DNA of 35,385 nt from an uncultured Rubrivirga sp. (GTDB lineage: Bacteria; Actinomycetota; Actinomycetes; S36-B12). Location of the stretch: assembly GCA_964631085.1 (NCBI GenBank), contig CAZVWA010000004.1, positions 1-35,385 of the forward strand, read 5' to 3'. Below, in pieces: positions 18,766 to 26,737 of the stretch (the first letter of the stretch is position 1; every line of letters starts with the position of its first letter). Below the pieces are notes generated by a model. That model was not told the origin of the DNA and ran no database searches. It saw nothing but the letters and a program-made list of their open reading frames with translations. The position numbers were made by a program, and so were the translations under genes.

Positions 18766-19532
18766 GAAGGACTCTGGTTATCGCTGCAGCCGCAGCACTG
18801 GCGCTTGTGGGCTGCAGCGGTGAACCCGCAGACAGCAAACCAGCCACCTCTTCGACTCCGACCACACCTTCGACGCCCACTGAATCACCCACGATCGAGA
18901 ATCCGTCCCCTGCCGATGCATGGGTGGACGCCGTGGCCAGCACCCGTGGCCAAGTCTCGGTGGAATCACAGTTGATCACGAACGTCGAGGGCTTCGAGAG
19001 AATCCTTGCCGGCGTCGGGTTTGTCGACATCGATTCCGAGTACGGCGATATTGCGTGGTCCGACGAATTCGCTACGACCCGCGAGATTCAAACAGCCGAT
19101 GGTCACTTCCTAGAACTCGACGGAACCTGGTTCGCACTCGACTCCGAGACTGGAGTGCCGACGAAGGTGGGCTTCACCCCACTCGAGGGTCTCGATTCGG
19201 CCACCAACGTCACCCTCGTTGGAGACGAGGAGGTCGTCGATACTTCAGCGACGAGATTCGACGCCGATCTTGACCCGAGTCTCGGCCCGTTGACGATGGG
19301 CTTCAGCGGCGAGGAACTGACCGTCGTCAACGACGCAACAGACGCCTCACTCGTGGCGACGATCTGGGTGGACGACGAGGGTCGGATCGTGCGGATACTT
19401 CGCGAGTACTCCGCGAGCAGCCCCGATGGCGACCCCATCAGTGCCACGAGCCTGTACCTCTTGAGCGATTTCACCGACCCAACGCCCATCGACGTCCCCG
19501 AAACAGCCGATGCGATTCCGGCACCCGCGTAG
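18762..19532 (+). CDS. Acidic lipoprotein, possibly LppX/LprAFG (LolA-like) fold
   Basis: Signal peptide with LVGC lipobox, S/T/P-rich linker, C-terminal TIWVDDEGRIVR...LSDF..P.PIDVP pattern; GTGA overlap with the ligase stop. Confidence 0.65.
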   Translation: MRRTLVIAAAAALALVGCSGEPADSKPATSSTPTTPSTPTESPTIENPSPADAWVDAVASTRGQVSVESQLITNVEGFERILAGVGFVDIDSEYGDIAWSDEFATTREIQTADGHFLELDGTWFALDSETGVPTKVGFTPLEGLDSATNVTLVGDEEVVDTSATRFDADLDPSLGPLTMGFSGEELTVVNDATDASLVATIWVDDEGRIVRILREYSASSPDGDPISATSLYLLSDFTDPTPIDVPETADAIPAPA

Positions 19533-19573
19533 GAACACCCGGCTCCTTACCTGAACTTCACCTAAGTCACACA

Positions 19574-19690
19574 CTCGACGACAACGGTGTCCTGCAGTTC
19601 GTTCCCCGAGCCGATGACAGCCGTCTAGATGAAGTTGAGCACGCAGCCGATGCTTGCCCGATGCAGGCCATTAGCCTGAGAGTGTCATGA
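19574..19690 (+). pseudogene. 5'-truncated ferredoxin remnant (C-terminal half of a small actinobacterial 3Fe-4S/4Fe-4S ferredoxin)
   Basis: Reads LDDNGVLQFVPRADDSRLDEVEHAADACPMQAISLRVS*; the TGA overlaps the reductase ATG (ATGA). No start codon and no N-terminal Cys cluster in frame back to the lipoprotein stop. Confidence 0.75.
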
Positions 19691-20877
19691 ACGATCCCGT
19701 GGTAATCGTGGGTGCCGGGCTCGGCGGCCTCCGAGCAGCCGAGTCACTACGCGGTGCTGGCTACGAGGACCACATCATCGTCATCGGGGACGAACCACAC
19801 CCGCCCTACAACCGCCCACCGTTGTCGAAGGAGGCGCTCGCCGGAGGCGTGGAAGTCGAGGATCTCCATTTTCCGCGTCGCGCATCCATCGATGACGTCG
19901 AGTGGCGCCTCGGCAGCCGCGTCGTCGCAAGCGATCTCGCGGCTTCAAGCGTCACCCTCGACGACGGATCGGTCCTCCCCTTCTCGGGTCTCGTGATTGC
20001 CTCCGGTATCCGCCCACGGCAACTCCCCATCCCCGGCCCCACCGCTGGCCGAGTTCTCCTTCGAAACGCCGAAGACGCGGCGCACCTGCGCGACCAACTC
20101 GGTCCCGGAAGCCGTTTGGTCATCTTGGGCGCAGGATTCATCGGCTGTGAGGTCGCAGCAACGGCCCGCAAACTGGGCGCCGATGTCGACGTTGTGGCAC
20201 TCGACCCCGAACCCCTGGTCCGACCACTGGGTGCGGAGTTCGGCGCTGCCATGCGTCGGCATCACGAAGCCAACGGCGTCCGATTTCACCTTGGCCGAAC
20301 AGTCGAGGAGGTGCTGGGAGACGATCACGTGACCGGTGTCCGACTCGATGACGGAACCGAACTACCGGCCACCGTGGTCCTCGAGGCGATCGGTTCGGTT
20401 CCGAACGTCGAGTGGCTTCAAGGCAACGGCCTCGACCTTTCCGACGGTGTGCTCGTGGATGAGTCACTGAAGGTCGTGGACAGCCCGGCACCCGCGGTCG
20501 CCGTCGGTGACATCGCACGCCATCCCAACGCGCTGTTCCCAGGTGAACCGTCGCGGGTCGAGCACTGGAACATGCCGACAGAGATCGGTCGTCGCGCTGG
20601 GAAAACCCTCGCCGCCCTACTCGACGGCGCCGAACCTGACCCAACACCCTTCGCCGCCGTCCCGTCCTTTTGGAGCGATCAATACGACCTCAATATCCAA
20701 TCCTTCGGGATGCCCTCCCTCGGTGAACCACACCTCGTTGACGGTGATTGGGATGGGGATTGCATCGTGGAATACCGCGATACGGGAGCGTCAGGAGAAA
20801 TCGTCGGAGTGGTTGGGGTAAATCGCAGCAGGGACCTCCTGCCCTACCGAAAGGCCCTTCAGTCCCGCCAAGAGTGA
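19687..20877 (+). CDS. NAD(P)/FAD-dependent ferredoxin reductase (putidaredoxin-reductase type)
   Basis: VIVGAGLGG, PYNRPPLSK, ILGAGFIGCEVA, AVGDIA, RVEHW and PSFWSDQY motifs. Confidence 0.92.
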   Translation: MNDPVVIVGAGLGGLRAAESLRGAGYEDHIIVIGDEPHPPYNRPPLSKEALAGGVEVEDLHFPRRASIDDVEWRLGSRVVASDLAASSVTLDDGSVLPFSGLVIASGIRPRQLPIPGPTAGRVLLRNAEDAAHLRDQLGPGSRLVILGAGFIGCEVAATARKLGADVDVVALDPEPLVRPLGAEFGAAMRRHHEANGVRFHLGRTVEEVLGDDHVTGVRLDDGTELPATVVLEAIGSVPNVEWLQGNGLDLSDGVLVDESLKVVDSPAPAVAVGDIARHPNALFPGEPSRVEHWNMPTEIGRRAGKTLAALLDGAEPDPTPFAAVPSFWSDQYDLNIQSFGMPSLGEPHLVDGDWDGDCIVEYRDTGASGEIVGVVGVNRSRDLLPYRKALQSRQE

Positions 20878-20931
20878 CCAAACTGTGACCACCGCGCGGA
20901 CCCGGCGAGCAGGCTCGGACGTCCAAGATGT

Positions 20932-21756
20932 GTGGACATGAAGAGAAGGGCTCTCGGGATCGGTGCGGCTGCACTGGCCGTCGGCATGCTGACGGGGTGC
21001 GGCAACACCAATGTCGACTACGCGGAGCCATCGGGCGTCTCCGCTGAATCCGCTCCCATGGATGAAGCTACGAGTGTTCGGGTGGGCGAGCAGATCATTC
21101 GCACCGCGAACGTCTCGATGGAAGTCGACGATGTCCCGACGTCGATCTCCGACATCAAGGATGCGTCATCGAGTCTCGAGGGTTTCATCCAAAACCAGAG
21201 CGTCTACGGAACCGACGACGACGCCAGCGCGAGCCTCACCGTTCGGATTCCGGCCGCCAACCTCGACGCTCTCCTGGATTCGGTCGCGATGCTCGGAGAA
21301 GTCCAAAGCAGCAGCATCGACTCGCAGGATGTCACTGTGGAAGTGATCGATGTGGAAGCACGCATCGACGCCCTTGAGCAGTCAATCGACCGTCTCGAGG
21401 AACTCCAGCGCCAAGCACAGTCAGTCGCCGACCTCATCGCAGTAGAAGGCGAGCTCGCCAACCGGCAAGCCGAGCTGGAATCCACGACTGCTCGGCGTGA
21501 CTACCTCACCCGGCAGGTGGAGATGTCCACGGCCTACATCTACCTGGACCAACGCGACGTGGGGCCCGGAGTATCGCCAGACTTCCTCGGCGGGCTCGAA
21601 AACGGATGGAATGCGTTCCTCGCACTCACCGCAGGAGCCGTAACCGCACTAGGGTTCCTGCTCCCCTTCCTCGCTATCGCCGGATTCATCACCGCCGTCG
21701 TCTTCGTCATCATCGCCATCGCTCGATCGCGCGAAAAGAAATCGGAGCAGTCATGA
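20932..21756 (+). CDS. DUF4349 domain lipoprotein
   Basis: LTGC lipobox, IIRTA, LTVRIP, QDVT...DVEARI, coiled coil and C-terminal TM segment (LGFLLPF). ATG 20938 is an alternative start. Confidence 0.8.
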   Translation: MDMKRRALGIGAAALAVGMLTGCGNTNVDYAEPSGVSAESAPMDEATSVRVGEQIIRTANVSMEVDDVPTSISDIKDASSSLEGFIQNQSVYGTDDDASASLTVRIPAANLDALLDSVAMLGEVQSSSIDSQDVTVEVIDVEARIDALEQSIDRLEELQRQAQSVADLIAVEGELANRQAELESTTARRDYLTRQVEMSTAYIYLDQRDVGPGVSPDFLGGLENGWNAFLALTAGAVTALGFLLPFLAIAGFITAVVFVIIAIARSREKKSEQS

Positions 21757-22127
21757 TCGCTAACACATCCCGCGTCTTTACCGTCCTCGCCGCGATCGGG
21801 TTGGGTGCTCTCGTGCTAGCCGGATGCTCATCCGAAACCGGCGATTCCACCTCCACCGATCCGTCGACACCGAGCCAGGAAACAAGCCAGACTCCCGAGG
21901 AGGAAACGGACATGAACATCACTCCCGAGCAGGTGGCTTTCCTGGATGAGCTCATCGCCGAGCCGATGCCACAGGACGAGGCAACCGCGATGATCGAGCA
22001 AGCGGATTACGTCTGGCGACTCGGCACAATCGATGGCCAGCCGCAGGCGGTGACCATGGACTATCGAAACGATCGCTTGACGCTCACGGTCCAGGACGGT
22101 CTCGTCACCGACGGAATGTGGGGTTAA
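21753..22127 (+). CDS. Small lipoprotein with peptidase-inhibitor I78-like C-terminal motif
   Basis: ATG 21753 (ATGA overlap, GGAG SD), LAGC lipobox, C-terminus AVTMDYRNDRLTLTVQDGLVTDGMWG. Confidence 0.65.
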   Translation: MIANTSRVFTVLAAIGLGALVLAGCSSETGDSTSTDPSTPSQETSQTPEEETDMNITPEQVAFLDELIAEPMPQDEATAMIEQADYVWRLGTIDGQPQAVTMDYRNDRLTLTVQDGLVTDGMWG

Positions 22128-22396
22128 CGCCTCGGCCGTCCTCCGAAGGGACCACCCCGAGGCGGGCCTTCGTTCTGCGAAATTCCCGGTCCGCCACCGG
22201 AGTCCGGCGCGGTGGCACGGCCTAGCCCGATACCGATGAAGATTCCCACGAGTAGCACGAGCACACCGATGAGGATTGACGTCGATCGTGCCCGGCCCTT
22301 CTTGCCACGCTTTGCGAGCAGGGCGGCTAGTTCATCGGCGGAATTGCTCTGGTCGTCAACAGCTTGGGAGTCGGCCATCTGCTGATCCTCACTCAT
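22124..22396 (-). CDS. Small single-pass membrane protein (hypothetical)
   Basis: ATG 22396 overlaps the permease end; acidic N-terminus, basic patch, one TM helix (ILIGVLVLLVGIFIGIGLG) and a Gly/Pro tail. Confidence 0.65.
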   Translation of the reverse strand: MSEDQQMADSQAVDDQSNSADELAALLAKRGKKGRARSTSILIGVLVLLVGIFIGIGLGRATAPDSGGGPGISQNEGPPRGGPFGGRPRR

Positions 22397-23594
22397 GTCG
22401 CAACGCCTCAATCGGTCGTAGGGATGCCGCCCGCTTGGCCGGATAACTGCCGAAGAACAAACCAATCGCCACGCTGATCACGTATGCACCCACGACAGAG
22501 ATGGGAACGACGGACGGAGATATACCTGCCACCTCCACCTGAGCAATCAAGATGGCTATACCCACACCAGCGGTGGCTCCGAAAAGCGACAGCACGGTCG
22601 CTTCGAGAAGAAACTGCAGCAAGATGAATCGCCTCGACGCACCGATGGCCTTTCGAATACCGATCTCTCTGGTTCGCTCCGTCACCGAAACCAACATGAT
22701 GTTGGTGATTCCGATACCGCCGACGAGCAGACTGATCGCTCCGACCGCACCGAGGAGTGCGGTGAAGACTCCCAAAGCGGTGTTGGCCGTCTCGAGGAGA
22801 CTGGCCTGATTGAAGACCTCAAAGTCGCGGGTTCCTTCTTGCGTCCCGTGTCGGTCGTCGAGGATCGCGATGACCTGCTCTTCAGCCAGATCCGTGGTCT
22901 CCGGCGAGGTCGCTTGGACGGAAATCGAACTGACCGCACCGTAGCCAGTAATCGAATTCTCCACCGCGGTAATGGGAGCGATGACGATGTCGTCCGGGTT
23001 CGTGAACGACGCCCCTTTCTCTTCCTGCACACCAACGACCGTGAACGGAGCTCCGTTGCAGGAGATCCGCTTGCCCAGCGGGTCACTGTCGGGGAACAAC
23101 TCCTCGGCGACCGTGCTCCCGACGACCACGATGCGGCGCGCGGAGAGTTCATCGGAATTACTGAAATAGGCGCCGGCGGCTACCGGTGAGTTGGTGATCT
23201 CGAAGTAGGCCGGCCAGGTACCGATCATCTGAGTCGAATGACTCAGATCACCGATGGTGCAGGTAACGGCAGCCCGCTTCTCCGGCGCGGCTCCCGCCAC
23301 ATCGGGGGCGGCTACCGGATCGTTCAAGGCAGCCGCATCCTCCACCGTTAGATCCTGAATGGACGGATTGACGATCTCGCCGCCCCGGTTGGGGTTCTCG
23401 GCAGTGACCGTGAGCAGATTGCTCCCAAGGGATTGGATGCTCGAGGTAACCGAGTTCGAGGCCCCCTGACCGAACGCGACCAGGATGATGACCGCCGCAA
23501 CACCGATCATGATGCCGAGCGTGGTCAGGATCGATCGCAGACGATTGGCGAGGATCGCTTGCCAACCGCTCCTGAGGGCTTCGATGAAAATCAT
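22389..23594 (-). CDS. MacB/FtsX-type ABC transporter permease
   Basis: RSILTTLGIMIGVAAVI, ISLLVGGIGITNIMLVSVTERTREIGIRKAIGA and PAKRAASLRPIEALRHE motifs. Confidence 0.93.
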   Translation of the reverse strand: MIFIEALRSGWQAILANRLRSILTTLGIMIGVAAVIILVAFGQGASNSVTSSIQSLGSNLLTVTAENPNRGGEIVNPSIQDLTVEDAAALNDPVAAPDVAGAAPEKRAAVTCTIGDLSHSTQMIGTWPAYFEITNSPVAAGAYFSNSDELSARRIVVVGSTVAEELFPDSDPLGKRISCNGAPFTVVGVQEEKGASFTNPDDIVIAPITAVENSITGYGAVSSISVQATSPETTDLAEEQVIAILDDRHGTQEGTRDFEVFNQASLLETANTALGVFTALLGAVGAISLLVGGIGITNIMLVSVTERTREIGIRKAIGASRRFILLQFLLEATVLSLFGATAGVGIAILIAQVEVAGISPSVVPISVVGAYVISVAIGLFFGSYPAKRAASLRPIEALRHE

Positions 23595-24286
23595 CGCGCG
23601 GCCGCCAGCACATCGGATTCGATGCGCCCGTCACGCAGTGTGACCACACGATCGGCCCGAGCTGCTACCTCGTCCTCGTGGGTGATGATGACGATGGTCT
23701 TGCCCTCGGAGTGGATTTCGTCGAGGAGATCGAGAACATCCGCCGTCGACTTCGAGTCCAAGTTGCCCGTTGGCTCGTCTGCGAGCATCAACGACGGTTC
23801 CATGGCTAGCGCCCGCGCCACGGCAACACGCTGCTGCTGACCGCCGGAGAGCTCGTTCGGTTGATGGTGCGCGCGATCCGCAAGACCGACTTTGCCTAGG
23901 GCATCCAAAGCACGGCGCCGACGCTCCGACCTACGCACGCCCCGATACATCAAAGGAAGCTCGACATTCGCGGCCGCACTCATGCGTGGGATCAAGTTGA
24001 ACGCTTGGAAAATGAAACCGATGCGCCGGTTGCGGACAAGGGACAGTGCGTCATCATCGAGATCGCCGATATCGACTCCATCGATCCGATAGATGCCCGA
24101 CGTTGCCACATCGAGAGCCCCGATGATGTTCATCAGCGTGGACTTACCCGAGCCCGAAGCACCCATGATGGCGACGTACTCGCCCGTCGCGACAGTCAAC
24201 GAGACCCCGTCCACGGCGCGGACCTCGGCTTCTCCTTCGCCGTAGACCTTGGTGATGTCCTCCATCTGGACGACCGGGACCCTCAC
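23591..24286 (-). CDS. MacB/LolD-type ABC transporter ATP-binding protein
   Basis: GASGSGKST, GFIFQAFNL, LSGGQQQRVAVARAL and LADEPTGNLD motifs. Confidence 0.94.
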   Translation of the reverse strand: MRVPVVQMEDITKVYGEGEAEVRAVDGVSLTVATGEYVAIMGASGSGKSTLMNIIGALDVATSGIYRIDGVDIGDLDDDALSLVRNRRIGFIFQAFNLIPRMSAAANVELPLMYRGVRRSERRRRALDALGKVGLADRAHHQPNELSGGQQQRVAVARALAMEPSLMLADEPTGNLDSKSTADVLDLLDEIHSEGKTIVIITHEDEVAARADRVVTLRDGRIESDVLAAAR

Positions 24287-26040
24287 TCGCCGCCCCCTCC
24301 GAAGGGACCGTCGGGGTCAGAGTCGCGGCCCGAGCCGGGTACGCCACCATCGGGGAATGCGACGTCGTCCGCCGACGGAATGACGAGGACATCACCGTCC
24401 TTCACCCCCGCCGTGACCTCGGTGCCGGCATCACCTTGCAAACCGATCGTCACGCGCGTTCGAACAGCCTCGCCATCGGGGCCGAGCAACAGCACCGACG
24501 CCCGATCTCCCGAACCGGTAATCGCTCCCTGCGGCACGAACAAGGTGTCCGGTGATCGTGCGACGAGGACGGAGACCGACGCCGTCATGCCTTCGCGAAC
24601 CGACTCGGGCGGATCGGTCACTTGAATCCGGACCCGGTAGGTGACTAGCCCTGATGCTCCTGTCGTCGCCACGGGATCGACAGCCACAACCGATCCGACA
24701 GCCTCGGCTCCCGCGAGCGCATCGAAGGTCACGGTGGCCTCTGCACCGACCGCGATTCCCGACGCATCCGACTCCGCGAAGTCAGCGACAATCTCCAATG
24801 GACCCTCGGGAATCACCGTGATGCCCCCCGTCGCACCCGCGGTGGCCGTTGATTCACCCACCACATAGGGAACCTCGCCGATCAGTCCATCGACGGGACT
24901 CACGAGCGAAGTTTCCTCAAGAGCTTGCTCGGCCACATCAACACCGGACTGCGCCGCGACGATGGCCGCTTGCGCCGAATTCAACTCTTCACCATCGGGC
25001 AACTCGACGGTTTGCTGTGAGGCGAGCGCCGATGTCAATGCAGATTGGGCTGACGACACCGACTGTTGGCCAGCCACCTTGCCCTGGTCGTAGACACGCT
25101 CAGCGCTCTGCAGCGCCTGCCGTGCTGATCTCACGGCATCATCGCCCGCCTTGCGCAGGTCGACCTGCGCCTTCTGCAGGGCGACATTGGCGCTCGCCAG
25201 GCTCAGCGATGCCGTTTGCTGAGCCTGCTGATCGACCAGCAGGCCGGTGGTCCGGGCCCGCACCGCGTTGTCATACGCCTGCCGAGCGGTGACAGTTGCC
25301 GTTTGCGCGCTCGTGCACACCGACGTACCCGAACCAGCGCCCTCACAGGCGCTGTTCTCCTGGTTTTGTCGTTGCGTCAGCAGTTCACCGGCCTGGTTCA
25401 CCGCAACGTCATAGCCGATTGCATTGTTCGCCGCGTTCTCAACCGAGGTGTCGAAGGCACGTTGAGCAGAATCGACACTCGCCTGTGCCGACTTCAGTTG
25501 CGATTGCGCGGACGGATTCGGACACATCGAGTTATTCGGATCTAGACACGTTTCGTCCCACACGTCCTGAGCCACAGCAAGCGATTCCTCGGCTTGTGTC
25601 ACCGCGAGCTTGTTGCGCTTGTTCGTTTGCCTAGCTACTCGCTTCGCGTTCGATAGGGCAACGCTGGCGCTCGAGACAGAGGCATCGCTCGATGCCGCGC
25701 TCTGCACGGCCTGGGCAAGTGAAGATTCTGCGGCGGCCAACTGCTGAAGGGCAGCCGTGTCGTCCACCGTCGCGAGGACCGATCCAGCACTGACGCTGTC
25801 TCCCGGCTCCACGTTGACCGACGTAATCGTCCCACCCGACGTGAAAGACAGGTCCACGATTCCTGCCCGCTCGACCGTGCCACTCGCGGTCACGGTCGCA
25901 CTCACATCCCCGCGGGAAACCGACACGGTTCGTTGTTCGACCGGCTCAGCCCCGGGCCGCAAGGAAACCATTATCAAGCCGAGAACGACGACGATCACCG
26001 CGCCTATACCCAGATTCACCAACAGGGTGCGACGTTTCAT
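24283..26040 (-). CDS. Membrane fusion / periplasmic adaptor protein (MacA/HlyD-like) with extended helical hairpin
   Basis: N-terminal TM, lipoyl-like half-motifs (GTITSVNVEPGDSV; LVSPVDG), ESDASGIAVG and VREGMTA motifs. ATG 26040 preferred over TTG 26061. Confidence 0.85.
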   Translation of the reverse strand: MKRRTLLVNLGIGAVIVVVLGLIMVSLRPGAEPVEQRTVSVSRGDVSATVTASGTVERAGIVDLSFTSGGTITSVNVEPGDSVSAGSVLATVDDTAALQQLAAAESSLAQAVQSAASSDASVSSASVALSNAKRVARQTNKRNKLAVTQAEESLAVAQDVWDETCLDPNNSMCPNPSAQSQLKSAQASVDSAQRAFDTSVENAANNAIGYDVAVNQAGELLTQRQNQENSACEGAGSGTSVCTSAQTATVTARQAYDNAVRARTTGLLVDQQAQQTASLSLASANVALQKAQVDLRKAGDDAVRSARQALQSAERVYDQGKVAGQQSVSSAQSALTSALASQQTVELPDGEELNSAQAAIVAAQSGVDVAEQALEETSLVSPVDGLIGEVPYVVGESTATAGATGGITVIPEGPLEIVADFAESDASGIAVGAEATVTFDALAGAEAVGSVVAVDPVATTGASGLVTYRVRIQVTDPPESVREGMTASVSVLVARSPDTLFVPQGAITGSGDRASVLLLGPDGEAVRTRVTIGLQGDAGTEVTAGVKDGDVLVIPSADDVAFPDGGVPGSGRDSDPDGPFGGGGE

Positions 26041-26130
26041 ACGGTGAGCCTGCCCGATCAAGGCGTCCGCGTCACCCTCGGGATGTTCGAATCACGTTAA
26101 TTGTGGAAAACCTTGCCGCTCCCGAGGGGA

Positions 26131-26736
26131 TCAGGCGCATTCCGGTGCGTCATCGAAGGCTCGAGCCAGAGGTCCGCTGGAGTCGTTGCGGACATCGTTG
26201 AGCAGTGCGAGCGCCTCGGTTGCATCGCTGTAGGCCGACTGGGCCGCAGCCACCGCTTGCACCGCAGCTACCCCCGCGAGCAGGGCGTTGTCCGCCTCGG
26301 TTGCCGCCTGCAACTGCGATAAGGCCTCGTTTGCCGATTCCTGAGCAGAGCCGACCAAAGTGTCGACTTCGTCAACGAACGCGCTGACCTCGGGGGAGTC
26401 ATCGGGCACCGCGCGCACAGCGATCAGGAGATCGTCGACACCCTGCTGGAGAACTTCTACTTCGCCTTCAACTTGCTCGCGCAACTCCGGAAGTTGATCC
26501 AACCCACCCCCGGGATCCACGTCGAGACCCAGCGCGACGCTGGCCACCTTCAATTCCAGGAGATCGCGGGCCTGGCACACCTCACCGGCCCAATCAGCCA
26601 GAGTGCGCGTCGTTTCCTGCGGACTCGAAGAAGCAGCCGGGGAAGATTGGGACCCATCGCCCGGGTCAGGATCAGGCGGGGAGCATCCGGCAACCACCAG
26701 CGCCGCCAACACCAGGCCCAGCACTACTCGCTTCAT
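26131..26736 (-). CDS. Hypothetical helical lipoprotein
   Basis: MKR plus hydrophobic core and VAGC lipobox; WAGEVC near the N-terminus and terminal APEC suggest a disulfide-closed helical bundle. Confidence 0.7.
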   Translation of the reverse strand: MKRVVLGLVLAALVVAGCSPPDPDPGDGSQSSPAASSSPQETTRTLADWAGEVCQARDLLELKVASVALGLDVDPGGGLDQLPELREQVEGEVEVLQQGVDDLLIAVRAVPDDSPEVSAFVDEVDTLVGSAQESANEALSQLQAATEADNALLAGVAAVQAVAAAQSAYSDATEALALLNDVRNDSSGPLARAFDDAPECA

Positions 26737-26737
26737 C

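Noticed and set aside
26102-26110. DnaA-box-like TTTTCCACA on the minus strand
   Set aside because: Single mismatched copy with no box cluster or dnaA context.
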